64,000 nucleotides of DNA from Dendrobates tinctorius (Eukaryota), in the NCBI RefSeq assembly GCF_039654945.1, contig NW_027361711.1, positions 682,001 through 746,000 of the forward strand, written 5' to 3'. The notes beneath the pieces were generated by a model. The model was not told the DNA's origin. It ran no database searches and saw nothing but the letters and a program-made list of their open reading frames with translations. Both the position numbers and the translations under genes were made by a program. The stretch's first letter is position 1. Each line of letters starts with the position of its first letter. Below are positions 26,922 through 40,614 of this stretch, one piece after another.

Positions 26922-27167
26922 TGTATTTGACCTAAAACTTCATTAGATTTTCACACAAATCCTAAATGTAGAAAAAGAGATCCATATCAAACATACGAAT
27001 AAAAAATAATCAACTGTCGTTTTTTTAAATAAGAAAAATTATCCAATATTACAGGTTTATGAGTTACAAAAATATGTGAACTTTTAGGATAAGCATATAA
27101 TTTGACGAAAATTAGGTCCTGATTCAACGTATTTACACCAGATGATAAGATATGCCGAATTCATTAA

Positions 27168-27510
27168 AGGGGTTATCCCACCTTAGGGTACAAGTATCAC
27201 CTTAGGGTACAAGTATGCAGTCATTCTATGTGACTGTAGACTTGTGAATCCTCACAAGTGGGAGGTCATGTGACTGCGAGTATACAATTTGCATACTTTT
27301 AGCAACTTTCCAACTTGACGTGCATTGAGCGAGGCCGTGCTGGCTAGTCGGCACGTGAACAAATGTATGCAAATCGTATACTTGTGAACACGATCCTGCA
27401 GCTGGCACCGGAGAATCCTAACCGCTCGCAGTACGTGCACTGTGAGAATTAACATGTCTGCACTCACATACAGTAACTGCAGACTTGTACACCAATGATG
27501 GACAACCCTT
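27168..27510. mobile_element. T2/Kolobok-type MITE
   Basis: TTAA|AGGGGTTATCC ... GGACAACCCTT|TTAA, palindromic interior. Confidence 0.75.
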
Positions 27511-29333
27511 TTAAATGGCATGCTCCTATTAATGAATATGGAACATCTTATTCCTACCCGCCCTCATTAGGACCAGTCAATGAAACGCAATTCTTAATGA
27601 ATTAGTGTCTTCGAGTCTGCTGTTTTCAATCAACGGGATGACAGGTTTATTTAAAGAACAGGGATCTGTCAAAGTCTGATCTTCACAACACGTTTGTGGA
27701 ATAGTATCATTACACATAGGATATTTCTGAACGCATCAGAAGAGTTTTTGATGCTCATCAGACTGGTTATAAAAAAAGTAACAAAACTATCTCTAAAGAC
27801 GTTAGACTCCACCTGTCATCAAATTGTGTACAAACAGAGGAAATTCGAGACCATTATTTCACTCCTAAGGAGTGATCCACCAATAAAGATCACTCTAAGA
27901 GAAAGGCATCTTATAGTCCATGAGGTCTCAAAGGAACCTAAGGTAACCTCTACTATTCCTATAGAAATGTTGTAGAAGGACCTGAAGCTAGCAGCTCATG
28001 GAAGAAAACTAACCAACAAAATATAGTTGATGCTGTTTTGTATGGAGGAATGGGATACACATTCTTGCAGTGATTCCACCCATCAGAGTGTATTAGCATG
28101 CAGTGATTGACAGCTCAGTCGTCCAGATTGGTGTAGGGGTGTGCTGAGCTGCCTGTGCAGTGATTGACAGCTCAGTTGTCCAGCCTGGTGCAGGGCCATG
28201 TTGAGCTGTCTTTTTATTGACAGCTCAGCTGTCCAACCTGACACTGGGGGTGCTGAGCTCTCCCAGATAGCTGCCAACTGCAGCTTCAGCTCTGTGTGGT
28301 TTGTTTTCCCTGTACCTAGTGCCTTTTTAATTGATCTCACTCTGTCTGACCGTAGACCTCATTCTGACCATCCATTTATCTAATCCTTTTACTCTGATCC
28401 GCTATCCTCCCAGTACTCTGACCTTGGACTGTTACCTGACTACTCCTTTGTCTCTTCTCTCTGTTTATGATGTATCCACATGGCTGTGGACCTCGGACTC
28501 CTTGATTATCCCGACTCACAGCTTGTGTGGAGGTGTCACACCTCCAAGCCGAAGTCTAGAACTAATCAACAATAACCAGAAAATTTGCAGTTATTGTGGC
28601 ACATGGGGATCAGATACTGAAAGAAAAGATACACATAATTTTGGCACTCAAACATGTGATATTGTATCATTTTATTTATTTAAAAATATAACAGTCTGAT
28701 ATTTTAACTCATTTGCTAAATTTGGTTCTTTTTATCTACTTTTAGGATTTGTGTGAAAAATCTGATGTAAGTTTTAGGTCAAATTTATGTAGAAAAATGG
28801 AAAATTCTGAAGAGTTCACAAACTTTCAAACAACACTGTAATTGCATTTTTATTTTTTTTTATTTACCTAGGGCTAAACAAGAATAATCATTTCCTAAAT
28901 TCCCTTCAATTACTAATTAGGAATTGTGATGGATAAAGCAGGCATACATTGCCCTTGCCTGGAGTCACAATCATATGCAAGGTTGATCAACAGAGTGGAA
29001 TGACTTTACCCATCAGATGACATTAAAAGAAAAGTCAGGAAAACTAAACCGAGATGCAGCCAAGCAGACACACGTCCAGAGTGTTTGAGTGAAATCAGAG
29101 GGAGTTTCCCTCAATCTGATGCTTCCCAGTAGCGACAGAATGGGTGAAGCCAAGTCTAGGTCAACATACTACTTCAATGCGGCATAAGAATGGGAATGGC
29201 TTAATGACAGCAAATGGAAGACTAAAACTTAATTTGTTAATGGCTGTGCATGCTACTATACCTTGCCCTAACAGTGTAACAACTTTAATGATGAAAAAGT
29301 TTCAAAGAAAACCCCAGAATACTGATTTCTTAA

Positions 29334-29658
29334 AGGGAACCTGCAGATGTTGAGTTACTCTGCATGTTAAGTGTTCTGAACCTGGCAGGTGCCGTCATTT
29401 AGACCCCGCTGCTGGGAGGAAATGAACTTTATTCCTCTCTGTAGCGTTCGGGTTTCAATCATGGGGGCCACTGACTGACAGGTGCCCCTAATGCTGAGCT
29501 GCTGTCAATCTGTGCCGGGAGAATGGTTACAGCCATTACTCTGTATACTCAGAGCAGTGACTAAACCCGTGCCGGCGCCATCACAGTGTCTGAAATTAAC
29601 CTGCAGATTATCCCCATATCTACAAGTTAATAGTGTTTTTTCACGCAACAGATTCCTT
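29334..29658. mobile_element. T2/Kolobok-type MITE
   Basis: TTAA|AGGGAACCTG ... CAGATTCCTT; same family as 35489-36249. Confidence 0.7.
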
Positions 29659-29661
29659 TTA

Positions 29662-30048
29662 GGGTAGGTGCATGCGGTGAGTAATTGACAGCGCTTTGGA
29701 CACAGCATATCTCTGCTGCGTCCAAAGTGCTGTCGGCTTTTGTAAACAGGCGATTCCGCATGTGTTCATTGAACCGTGTGGAATCCCCACGTCCAATACA
29801 CTATACGGGTAACTTTTATCTTGTGGAGACTCGAGTCTCCGCAAGATAAATTGACATGCTGCGGTCTGGACAGACGTGCCGCATATCAGTCTCAACGGGT
29901 GATCCATGGGCGTCAGAGCACGCATAGTGGAGATGGGATTTCTTGAAATCCCATCCACTATGCTGTAACATCTGGACGATGCGGGTTGGACGCTGTGGAT
30001 GTACGCGGCGTCCAACTCACAGCGTTTACTGACCGTGGGACTGTACAC
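29662..30048. mobile_element. Harbinger/PIF-type MITE
   Basis: TTA flanks, imperfect TIRs, internal palindromes. Confidence 0.65.
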
Positions 30049-30854
30049 TTAAGAAAAGCTGGTGCCATGATGTGGTTAAAAAAATAACCCACAATAGTGG
30101 ATCAAAAAGTGTTTGACTCTCTGAATTTTTAAGCAGTGCAACTTTTAGCTATGTTCCCATAATAAGTTTTTATGTGTTTTTTATGTTGCCGATTTTCTGC
30201 AGCATTTCTACATCTATTATGTCAAGTAGCTTTCTTGCTTTTTTACATTTCGTTTTTGAGTGCATTCTTTTCCATGCTTTTTTGACACTGTGATTTTCGT
30301 TTCTTTTTGGTATCCCTTCCTTTGTTTTGTACAGCAGAAGTGCACAGAGTCAAAAACTCACCAAAAACTCATCATGAGCACTTAACCTAAGAGTCAAAGC
30401 TAGACAAGAAGCAAGGAAGGAGTATTATCCATTCTTTCATATTTTCCTTTACAATCAACTTCTGCCTTTGGCAAAAAAAAAAATGCATTTTCAATTTCAG
30501 ACTAAGAATTTATTCTGTTTATGGATGGATGAAGGAGCAACTATTTTTTTACCTTTAATGAAGGAAAACTAGAAAACTACTTCATAACAAATAAATGAAA
30601 ATTAAACAGCTACAATATATTAGAGCATTGCAAACAGTAGTGCAACCATAATAGTCTTTTAAAAACTAATATAAAGCACACAAATACCAATTGTAGTGTC
30701 CAAACAATGAAAAAATACAATGAATAAGTAAAGCTAATTTAAATAACACAGCGGTTCATTGTTCAAATAAAAATAGAATAATATAAACAGATACAGCTTG
30801 AATAACTGTGCTATACAATGGCTACAAAGAGAACTTAAATTCCAGTTAACTAAA

Positions 30855-31205
30855 CCAAACCAGCAAAAACATGTACTAGTACTATGTACTATGGTTCGGA
30901 GGACAGTCTCCAAGATAAAGGGCATGTGCTCTTCAGTCTTCTATAATTCCATCCTAATACAATCGTATTATAGCGAGAAATATTTTATACTGAATATTAT
31001 TCTGTATTTTCTTTGAGGATTTTCCTTTTGTTTTTGGTATTTTAGACAGTATTACCAAACAGCAGAAACATGTAGAAGTTGTGACTGGCTCTGAAGACAG
31101 TCTCTAAAAAGATAAAGGGCATTTGCTCCTCTCGGTCCTGCTATAATTCCATCCTAATGCATTCATATAATAGTGAGAAATATTTTATACTGATTACTAT
31201 GATGA
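30855..31205. repeat. diverged ~200-bp tandem duplication
   Basis: gacagtctc..agataaagggcat..ctataattccatcctaat..gagaaatattttatactga occurs at ~30902 and ~31097. Confidence 0.75.
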
Positions 31206-31967
31206 TTTTCGGTTTGCTTTTAACATTTAGTATTACTCTTTATTGAATATTATTGACAATCACAGTTTATACAATCATTTGCAACCGTTAAGAGGCAATC
31301 ATGGCTTTAATAATGTAAATAGTATATAAAAGTGACAGGGAAAGAAACAAATGTTGGCTTTTTCTGGTTGACTAATAGTAGACTTGTCCCCCAAGTGTAA
31401 CAAGTACTGAAGAAGCACCCTGTCTAGATTTCACCCAGAGTGAAATAACGGAGATATTCCATAATGCAGTTCATTGTTAGACCTCAGTGACTAGTTCATC
31501 TCAGACGTTCTGCTTATTTAAGGTCTCTTGGGCAAGTTGAATGTTTTTCTTATGAGCTGAATAAATGATCCCAACTGAACTAAGAGTGTGTAGCTCACAA
31601 GGAAAACACTGCTACAGTTTCTGGAATAATAACACAAAAAGGCTACTGATAATGCAAGCCTTGTTGTTCCTCGCCTTCCTCTTCCATTTCTCAAATTCTA
31701 TGGGCTAATTTGATAAATATGTAAAATTGCTAGTTGTGACCCAACCCAAATCACACATGTCAGTTGGGAATTTGTGACCTTTATGTTAAATGCTGATTTC
31801 TTGGTATAAAATTAATGTTTGCATGCAGTTAGCGCACAAAATATTCCTGGTGTCCATTTTATCAACGGGAAAGGAAACAATCATAAATTAAATTAAAGCC
31901 TATTTAAAGTTATCCAATCAAAATTGTATTTATAGATGCAATTTTTTTCTTATTTAGCACCTATATA

Positions 31968-32800
31968 GAGTTGCATCTCACAAAATTAGAATATCATCGA
32001 AAAGTTAATTTATTTCAGTTTTTCAATACAAAAAGTGAAACTCATATATTATATAGAGTGATTACAAACAGAGTGATCTATTTGAAGTGTTTTCTTCTGT
32101 TAATGTTGATGATTATGGCTTACAGCCAATGAAACCCAAAACTCATTATCTCAGTAAATTAGAATACTTTATAACACCAGCTTGAAAAAATTATTTTAAA
32201 ATCTGAAATGTTGGCCTACTGAAATGTATGTTCAGTAAATGCACTCAGTACTTGGTCGGGGCTCCTTTGACATCAATTACTGCATCGATATGGCAGGGCA
32301 TGGAGGCATTCAGTCTGTGGCACTGCTGAGGTGTTATGGGAGCCCAGGTTGCTTTGATGGCCACCTTCCGCTTGTCTGTATTGTGGGGTCTGGTGTCTCT
32401 CATCTTCCTCTTGACAATACGCCATAGATTCTCTATGGGGGTAAGGTCAGGTGAGTTTGCTGGCCAATCAAGCACAGTGAGACTGTTGTTTTAAAAACAG
32501 GTATTGGTACTTTTGGCAGTGTGGACAGGTTCCAAGTCCTGTTGGAGAATTAAATTTTCATCTCCAATAAGCTCGTCGGCAGAGGGAAGCATGAAGTGCT
32601 CTAAAATTTCCTGGTAGACGGCTGCGCTGACTCGATAAAACACAGTGGATCTACACCAGCAGATGACATGGCTCCCGAAACCATCATTGATTGTGGATAC
32701 TTCATACTAGACTTTGGAGATCAAGGTGCGAGAGTCTGGAGGAAAAGTGGAGAGACAGACAATCCAAGCTGCGTTAGGTCTAGTGTGAAGTTTCTCCACG
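31968..32800 (-). mobile_element. Tc1 transposon 3' fragment (transposase C-terminus plus TIR)
   Basis: ORF 32245-32475 WPANSPDLTPIENLW...GAPTKY. Confidence 0.9.
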
Positions 32801-32804
32801 CCAA

Positions 32805-33508
32805 TGGGAGTGTAGAGCAGTGAACAGTCATCCTCTTTAATAGTGGGTACATGTTATGACCCAAGCGCTGCAGGAAGCCAGCAGCTGTGCACCTGCTATT
32901 AAACAAAATGAATATTCATTGCTCTGAAGTGAGCACAGGAGCTCCACAGGAGCAGTGAATATTCTGGTAGTTGATCTCGGGCGTGTTAGCGTGCATGACA
33001 GTGATTTCATGCACTGCTTACAAGCTGAAATCAGCTGCGGGCATGAACACAGGTGCCGCACTGCTAAGGGCGGAAGGAAGATAAGTAGAACAGTTAATTT
33101 ATTTTGTGTGCACACCATGATTAGGGCCATATATACCAGAATGGGGTTGAGGGTCATGTATATCAGGATGTGGATGGGAGCCATGTATACCTGGATCGGG
33201 ATGGGGTCATGTATGCCAGGATGAAGGTGAGGGCTATGTATACCAGGATGGGGATGAGGGTCATGCATACTTGGATTGGGAGCCATATATATCTGGATTG
33301 GGGACCATTATACTTGGGTAGGTATATATACCAGAATGAAGATCTATACATTCCAGGATGGGGGATATTAGTACAGAATTGGGGGACATTACCCCTGTAA
33401 CACCGTCAGCAGCAGGCTTCCCCCTTTTATTTATTTTTTTAATATCCCTCCTCCAAAGTCTAGGTGTGTCTTATGGTCCGGCGCATCTTAAAGTCCAAAA
33501 AATACTGT
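32805..33508. mobile_element. Tc1/mariner (Tc2/pogo-like) non-autonomous fragment with minisatellite
   Basis: ~27-bp TATACCAGGATGGG repeats at 33120-33370; ends gtcttatggtcc...aaaatactg|TA. Confidence 0.5.
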
Positions 33509-33759
33509 AGGTGGGAAGGTGGACTTGAATGTTGACCATGCCAAGGGTGCAAGGGTGCACCTGTACTTGCTTTGAACAGTTATTCAGCACTGACAGACAC
33601 TTAAAGTCTGTGTGCTATTCATATATAAAAAGATTAGCATATGGATATCACTTTTACCAATCCAAATCAATATGGTAGTTCACATGACCATTTTAAACAA
33701 ACAAACAAACAAACAAACTGATGGACCATTTTTTAGACAGAATTATGATCTGTGTGTAA

Positions 33760-34039
33760 GGCCAGGTTCACATTGCGATATGCGTTATGCTATATTGCTA
33801 GTGCAGATGCTTAATCTGCGCTAGCGGTGACGGAACCTCAGATGCTGCAGCCCGCGTCCGAGGCTCCGTCACTGAATGACGGCATATCGCAAACGCGTGT
33901 CGTCACTTTACGGCATGCGTCGCGATGCGCCAGACAATGGAGGGCAATGGCAGCGTTAACGGACTGCATTATACCGCGTTGTGCTGCGATGTAACGCAGT
34001 CCGTCTAACGGACTGCTGAGATGTAATGTGAACCCAGCC
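33760..34039. mobile_element. Harbinger/PIF-type MITE
   Basis: TAA|GGCCAGGTTCACATT ... AATGTGAACCCAGCC|TAA. Confidence 0.85.
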
Positions 34040-35488
34040 TAAGAAATGGCAGAATACACTTCTTTTATTCATATTCTGGATCTGTCTCGTCCATTATAAG
34101 TCAATAGGTACACAGTAAACAGATCACATACGGCTTACCATGCATGTTTTATGGATCCATTGCTATTATTAATGTAGGAAACTATAATTGGTCTATTGTT
34201 ATGTTTTAAATGATTAATGTATAAAACAGATGCCATATGTAAGTTAAAAACTCGCATATGGATGAAATATTGATAATATGGATGACATTTTTTTTCTGGA
34301 TGAAAAACAGAAAACTTTACATACACTAGTCTGAACCCAGCCTTAGAAAAATTTCCCAACAGTCCAGATCCTGTGCCTCAGAATTCAAAAAAAGGAGCAG
34401 CACTAATGGACTTTTTGGGAGGAGTCAGGAGCAATTTTGATAAACTGCCTGGCTATCTTGGGGGTAGCGTTAAAATGACTCCGTTTTCAACTAAAAACAA
34501 TTGGTAAATATATTTAGGTGAGCACAATGGCAAACCTGATAGCTCCATATACTGTAGCTGGACTATACCTGATTATAGTCGCCCCTTCCTGTCCCCACTT
34601 ACAGGAAGAACAACTCTGGAGTACGAGTTACTGCTCTACAAGCTGAAAACATTACAGAGGACAGGGACATTCCTGTGCACATATAGGTTTTATATAAATG
34701 TGCATTAAGTGCAGTACAATGAACAATATGAATGAGAATAGAACATTGATGAACTATGTGATTTGAAATGTATCACTTGTCATAATAACAGTCGCAATCC
34801 GACTTCCCCAGCTGACCTACAGCAAGTGTTTGAAGCTTTTGCCAAGTTTAAATTTTATTACCATAGTCTTGGCAGGCCTGCTAAAGTAATGGCAAATTGC
34901 TTATTTAAGTAAGGGGCATTTTACTCAGCAGGATATAAAATACAGAGAAGCAGCATCGGTAATGGTGTATTTAGATTCTCTTACGAAAATAGCATTTTAG
35001 AGCTGCTGCCATGTAACTAATTATTTCCCTGGTTAATATATTAATAAATGAGAACCTGCCTTTATTAACAGCGTTACTTTCTTCTCTACAAAAGATATTC
35101 ACATGTATACTGATGTATACACACAGCAGGTATCTAAGGCTTTCCAGGGAAAATATATACACAAACCAGCAGCACGGCCATGAATATTTGCACATACAGA
35201 AGAAGCCAGAACTTCCTTATGAGAATGTTCAATTCCAGCCAGCTAATATTAAGTGCCAAGTTAGAATATGTAATAAAAATGTAAGATCTGAGTTTCGCCA
35301 TATGGAAAAATTGGGCTGTCAAATTACATATTTTAGATGGATACATTAAGGTCACATATCAAGAGATGGATGGATGCCACTCCTATATCGCAGCACAGTG
35401 AAAGTAACTGATAAATGGAGACTCGCAGCGTGTCACTACTGCAGCAAGCAGGTCGCAAAAAGTATCGTCTGGAATTTATGCAACTTAA

Positions 35489-36249
35489 AGAGAACCGGTC
35501 ATGTGAAAAAAACGTATTAACCTGCAGATTAATAGTGTTCTGAACCTACCCAGCACCCGTACTTAGAGGCCCACTGCAAGGAGGAAATTACCTATACCCC
35601 GGCAGTGTTCAACGTTCCTGCATAGGGGAGGCGCTGTCACTGTTTCAGTTACCGCTCTGTTGATAGAAAGTGGCAGATGTAACCACACCCCTGGCACTGA
35701 CTGACAGCTTGCTCATCATTAGGGCTTGCTGTCAGTCAGTGTGGAGGGCACAATTAGGCTGGAGTCACACTGCCATATTTCTCGTGCGATAATCGCATCG
35801 CACTTCACGGACTGGCCGGCACCTCTCCTGACCTGAGCATGACAGCATTATGGATTACTATGCAGTTGTCAAGCTCAGGCCAGGAGAGCTGCTGGCCAGG
35901 ACAAGTTTTACGATCCGATTCTCGGACGAAAAATACGCCAGTGTGTCTCTGCCCTTACAGTCGTTGTTCACTATACACAGAGCAGTGACTAAACCCGCGC
36001 CATCCTTTTGATGGATTGACAAAAGCTATTGAGCACCAGATATAGGGTTAATCTGCAGGTTAATAGTGTTCTGAACTTACCCTTCGCCCACACTTAGAGA
36101 CCCGCTGCCCGGAGAAAATTAACTTGATTCCCCCTGGCAGCGGGGCTCTAAGTGCGGGTGCCAGGCAAGATCAGAATGCTATAACCTGCAGATCAACAGA
36201 TTAACTCTATATGTTTAGGTTAATTCATTTTTCATGTGGCAGGTTCCCT
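35489..36249. mobile_element. T2/Kolobok-type MITE containing a Harbinger MITE (35757-35954)
   Basis: TTAA|AGAGAACC..CATGTGAAAA ... TTTTCATGTGGCAGGTTCCCT; inner element has TTA TSDs. Confidence 0.7.
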
Positions 36250-36277
36250 TTCATAGTGTGTTGCTGGTCACAATGTA

Positions 36278-36899
36278 ACATCTCCTCCCTCGTCTCAGTC
36301 TACCACCCAACCCGTGCCCTCCATTATGCTAATGACCTAAGGTTAACATCTTCAATAATCAGAACATCCCACTCCCGTCTCCAAGACTTCTCACATGCTG
36401 CACCAATTCATTGGAATGCACTACCCAGGATAATTTGATTAATCTCCAATACCCACAGTTTTAAGCGTGCCCTAAAAACTAGCCTACTGCCTCAACACAT
36501 TTATTTTACTATCTCTGTGTTGCCCATTTAAAATTTTCTTCATAACCAGGATCCTTATATCATGTTCTCAAACGCTTTATGCAATTAATAGCCCTCTGTG
36601 TCTTCTACTTTTACATATACTGGTTGCTTACCGGTTCATGCGGCATTACATGATCACCTGATTTATTACATTATGGCTGGCCAGAACAATGAAAGCAATT
36701 GTGACCATCCACCTCTCAGGTCTTCCCTATTTCCTCATAGCTTATAAGCTTGCAGCAAGGCCCTTATTCCTCTTGGTATCTGTTGTTTTATGTGATTATT
36801 TTTGTTCTGTAATGTCTTTTATTGTCTGTACTAGACCACTCTAAAATGTAAAATGCTGCGGAATATGTTGGCGTTATAGAAATAAAATTATTATTATTA
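36278..36899 (+). mobile_element. L2 LINE 3' fragment
   Basis: Similar to 23556-24160 (ISSLVSVYHP...WNALP, same tail). Confidence 0.88.
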
Positions 36900-36943
36900 C
36901 TGACATGCATTCTATTCTGTTATTCAGATATGCCATACAACGA

Positions 36944-37260
36944 CAGGGTTGCCAGTCATCCAGAAATTCCTGGACAGTCCATAAAAATAGGACACTTTTT
37001 TCCCCTACCTGTTAGTTTGTTTTAATGCATGTGGGATTTCTTTTTTTTAAGCCGGAGACACTAGAATTTTAAGACTGCATTTATCACCCTTTTACATTTC
37101 ACAGTGAATGCAGCTAATGTATTCACATGAGATTTATGGTCTGTAGACATCTATCACTTATAACCTTAATAATTTATTAGTCATTTAATGTGTCCATAAA
37201 AAGTAGGTTGTCCATAACTTTTTGAAAAGCTGTCCAGAACAAATAAACTTGGCAACCATG
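36944..37260. mobile_element. hAT-type MITE
   Basis: CAGGGTTGCCA...TGGCAACCATG; 8-bp TSD tacaacga/tacagcaa; same family as 48305-48552. Confidence 0.75.
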
Positions 37261-37463
37261 TACAGCAATCTTTGGCAGTATGACCTGTGTTGAGGCTAAA
37301 CTTGCTGCATAGAACTAGTTGAAATTTTAAAGTACAGTGGTATTTGTAAGAAAACATGGTTAGCAGAATTTATTACATTGAATTAAAAAAAAAATAACAT
37401 GCTCTTTTAAAGCTAAACATGAGGGTGTAGAATGTAGATGATGTACAGAGAGGAATTCATATA

Positions 37464-39720
37464 CAGTCATGGCTGAAAGTTTTGGCATCCTTGAAATTGT
37501 TCCAGAAAATGAAGTATTTATCCCAGAAAATTATTACAATGAGGCTGAGTTCACAGGTAGCGTTTTTTTCGTGTTTTTGCGGCGGTTTTAAACGTGCGAT
37601 TTTTCCGCGAAAAATAAGCATCCCATGCATTACTATGGGATTCTGCAATGCTGTGCTAATGCTGCGGTTTTTCCCGCGGCGGAATCGCTTCGCGTTAAAA
37701 AACGTAGCATGCTCATTAATTTAGCGGAATCGCGGCGATCCCGCACCCATAGGAATGCATTGTTCTGCTTACTTTCCGCATGTGGCTGTGCACACCATGC
37801 GAAAAGTAAGCAGAACATTTGCGGATGGTACCCACGGTCCGGAGGAGAGGAGACTGTCCTCCGGGCTTTTGGTACCATATCCCTGTAAAAAACAGAATTT
37901 AAAATAAAAAATATTGTTATTCTTACCTTCCGGCATCCCGCGCAACCTTCCCACCTCTCTCCACGCTCCCGCTCCCAGTAATCTTTCGCGAGAATGACCA
38001 CGATGGAGTCCGTTCTCGTGGGATAGCGACGTCTCGCGGTCATTCACAAAGGATTACTGGGAACGAGAGCGTGGAGAAAGGCGGGAAGGTTGCGGGGGAT
38101 GCAGGAAGGTAAGAATAACAATATTTTTTTAATTATTGTTTACATCCTATCTTTTACTACTGATGCTGCATAGGCAGCATCAGTAGTAAAAAGTTGGTCA
38201 CACTTGTCAAACACTGTGTTTGACGAGTGTGACCAACCTGTCAATCAGTTTTCCAAGCGATGCTCCAGATCGCTTGGAAAACGCTGGCATTCTGCAAGCT
38301 AATTACGTTTGCAAATCGCTAGTTTTTCCGCGGGAAAATCGCAGGAATTTAAAATGCGATTTTCCCGTGGAATGGAATCCGGAATTCTTGCGGTAATTTC
38401 CGCGAGAGTTCCGCTACGTGTGAACATAGCCTTACACGTTTTGTTATACACACGTTTATTTCTTATGTGTGTTTTGGAACAACACAAAAAACAGAGAAAA
38501 AAAGGCAAATTGGACATAATTTCACACAAAACCCCCAAAATAGGCCAGATAAAAACGTTTGCACCCTCAACTTAATATTTGGTTGCACACCCTTTGGAAT
38601 TAATAGCTGCAATGAATTGTTTCCTATGACCATCAACAAGCTTCTTACACCTCTCAACTGGAATTTTGGACCATTCTTCTTTTGCAAACTGCTCCAGGTC
38701 CCTCATATTTGAAGGCGCCTTCTCCCAACAGCAATTATAAGATCTCTCCACAGGTGTTCAATGGGGCTTAGACCCGCACTCATTGCTGGCCACTTCAGAA
38801 TACTCCAGCGTTTTGATTCTATCCATTTCTGGGTGTTTCTTGAAGTATGTTTGAGGTCATTGTCCCCAGATTTCTGACACTGGGCATTACATTGCAACCC
38901 AAAAACCTTTGGTAATTTTCACATTTCATGATTTCTTGCAAACAGCCAGAGGAAGCAGAACAACCCCAAAAACATTTTTTAACCTCTACCATATTTGACT
39001 GTAGGTAATATGTTCCTTGTGGGCCTCATTTCATCTTTGGTAAATAGTAGAATAATGTGCTTTATTTACCATGAAGCTGTATCTTGGTCTCATCTGTCCA
39101 CAAGACGCTTTCCCAGGAAAATTTTGGCTTTGTCACATACATTTTGGCAAACTGCAGTCTAGCTTTTTTATGTCTGTGACAGCAGTGAGATCCTCCTGGG
39201 TCTCCTGCTATAGCGTTCATTTCATTGGAATGTCAACGGACAGTTTGCGCTCACACTTATGCACCCAGAGCTGGCAGTACAGCTTGAATTTCTTTGGAAC
39301 TTGATTGGGGCTGCTTTTCCACCATCTGGACTATCCTCTTTTGCAGCCTTTCATCAACTTTTTTCTGCCGTCCACGCATAAGGAGATTAGCTACAGTGCC
39401 ATGAGTTGTAAACTTCTCGAGATAGTTGATATTTTTCAAGACAGTTCTCTTCTTTTTTTTCCATGCTTAGTGTAACACATACACACAATGGAAAGATTGA
39501 GTCAACTTCTCCACTTTTTATCTGGGATCAGTTTCATTTTCATATTGCCCACACCTGTTACTTGCCACAGGTGAGTTTGAAGGAGCATCACATGCTTGAA
39601 ACAAAGTTGTTTAATTTTGGAAAAGTGCCAACAATTTGTCCGGCCCATTTTAGCGTGAAATTATGTCCAAAATGACTTTTTGTCTTTGTTTTGTGTTGTT
39701 CCAATAAACACAAAATAGAT
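37464..39720 (-). mobile_element. degenerate Tc1 transposon interrupted by a MITE
   Basis: TA|CAGTCATGG TIR; minus-strand transposase remnants (ILKWPAMSAGLSPIEHLWRDL; HGTVANL..GRQKK). Confidence 0.85.
37543..38431. mobile_element. CpG-rich Harbinger/PIF-type MITE
   Basis: GGCTGAGTTCACA...TGTGAACATAGCC; flanks TGA/TTA; internal palindrome at 37905-38130. Confidence 0.8.
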
Positions 39721-39789
39721 GTGCAAGGTGACCACCACATACAGTATGTCCTTTCCTTCCTCCCTGTTCTAACAATGTGGTCTGGGTCT

Positions 39790-40244
39790 AATAAGCAATA
39801 CAATGCATGCCTAGAAGTCTAAAAGACCTATCACATATGAACTACAGACATGCGATAACTCCCAACATGTAAAATAGATGATAGTAGTTGTATAAAAATA
39901 CTTGGAAGACCTAACCAGATGAGTTAAAAAGTAGCTGGACAAGCCTAAGTAACACAAAAGGAATGACAGCATAGCAAGAGAAACCTGATCACAGAATGGT
40001 GCTTACCCAATCCAACACGTGTTTCGCCAATGCTTCTTCAGGGTTTTGACATATTTATTTATGCTGTCTCTCTTGTAGGGTTACTTTTTGGCTTGTCCAG
40101 TTACTTGCTTATTCGTGTAATGAGATCTGCCTTATACATTTATTCTACTACCAATTTTTCTTTGAATGTTGAGACTTATTGTAAGTCTGTTGTGAACACT
40201 GTATAACTCTTTTAGACTTCTAGACATACATTGCATTGCTTATT
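39790..40244. mobile_element. fold-back PLE-like remnant with central hammerhead
   Basis: Diverged inverted arms 39790-39988 / 40038-40244 (e.g. taagcaatacaatgcatgcctagaagtctaaaaga vs tcttttagacttctagacatacattgcattgctta). Confidence 0.7.
40009..40045 (-). ncRNA. minimal type-I hammerhead ribozyme motif
   Basis: Minus strand AACC-CTGAAGA-A-GC-ATTG-GC-GAAA-CACGTG-TT-GGATT; palindromic stem III AACACGTGTT. Confidence 0.72.
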
Positions 40245-40614
40245 TTTCACTTGTTGCTTGTTCCACCTGGCCCACGCTAATTTTTAGATCATTTGTGATG
40301 GTATCTTTGTTCATATGATTGTGTGCATATTTTATTTTAATTATTGTATGCATCTATTTTTTTACCTGTATTGTATAGCAATAAAATGAACCATTTTTAT
40401 AATGTATAGAATGACGTTTGTTCTTATTATATTGGAATTGTTAGCAGTTATGAGAGAGCCGTATTCAATAATTACTAACTGGGCCATATTATATGTTTAC
40501 AAATTGAGGGGCTAGAAAAATGTGCCATATTTAATACAAATAAGTTTTAGATAGTAGAAACTTACACTAGACAGTGTTAAAATGCATAAAATGTATCACA
40601 ATTAATAATACTTA

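Larger units (their letters stand above)
26050..28838 (+). mobile_element. old Tc1/mariner element with nested insertions
   Basis: TA flanks; left TIR (26050-26103 + 26922-27010) matches the reverse complement of 28690-28838; transposase remnants at 27700-28050. Confidence 0.7.
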
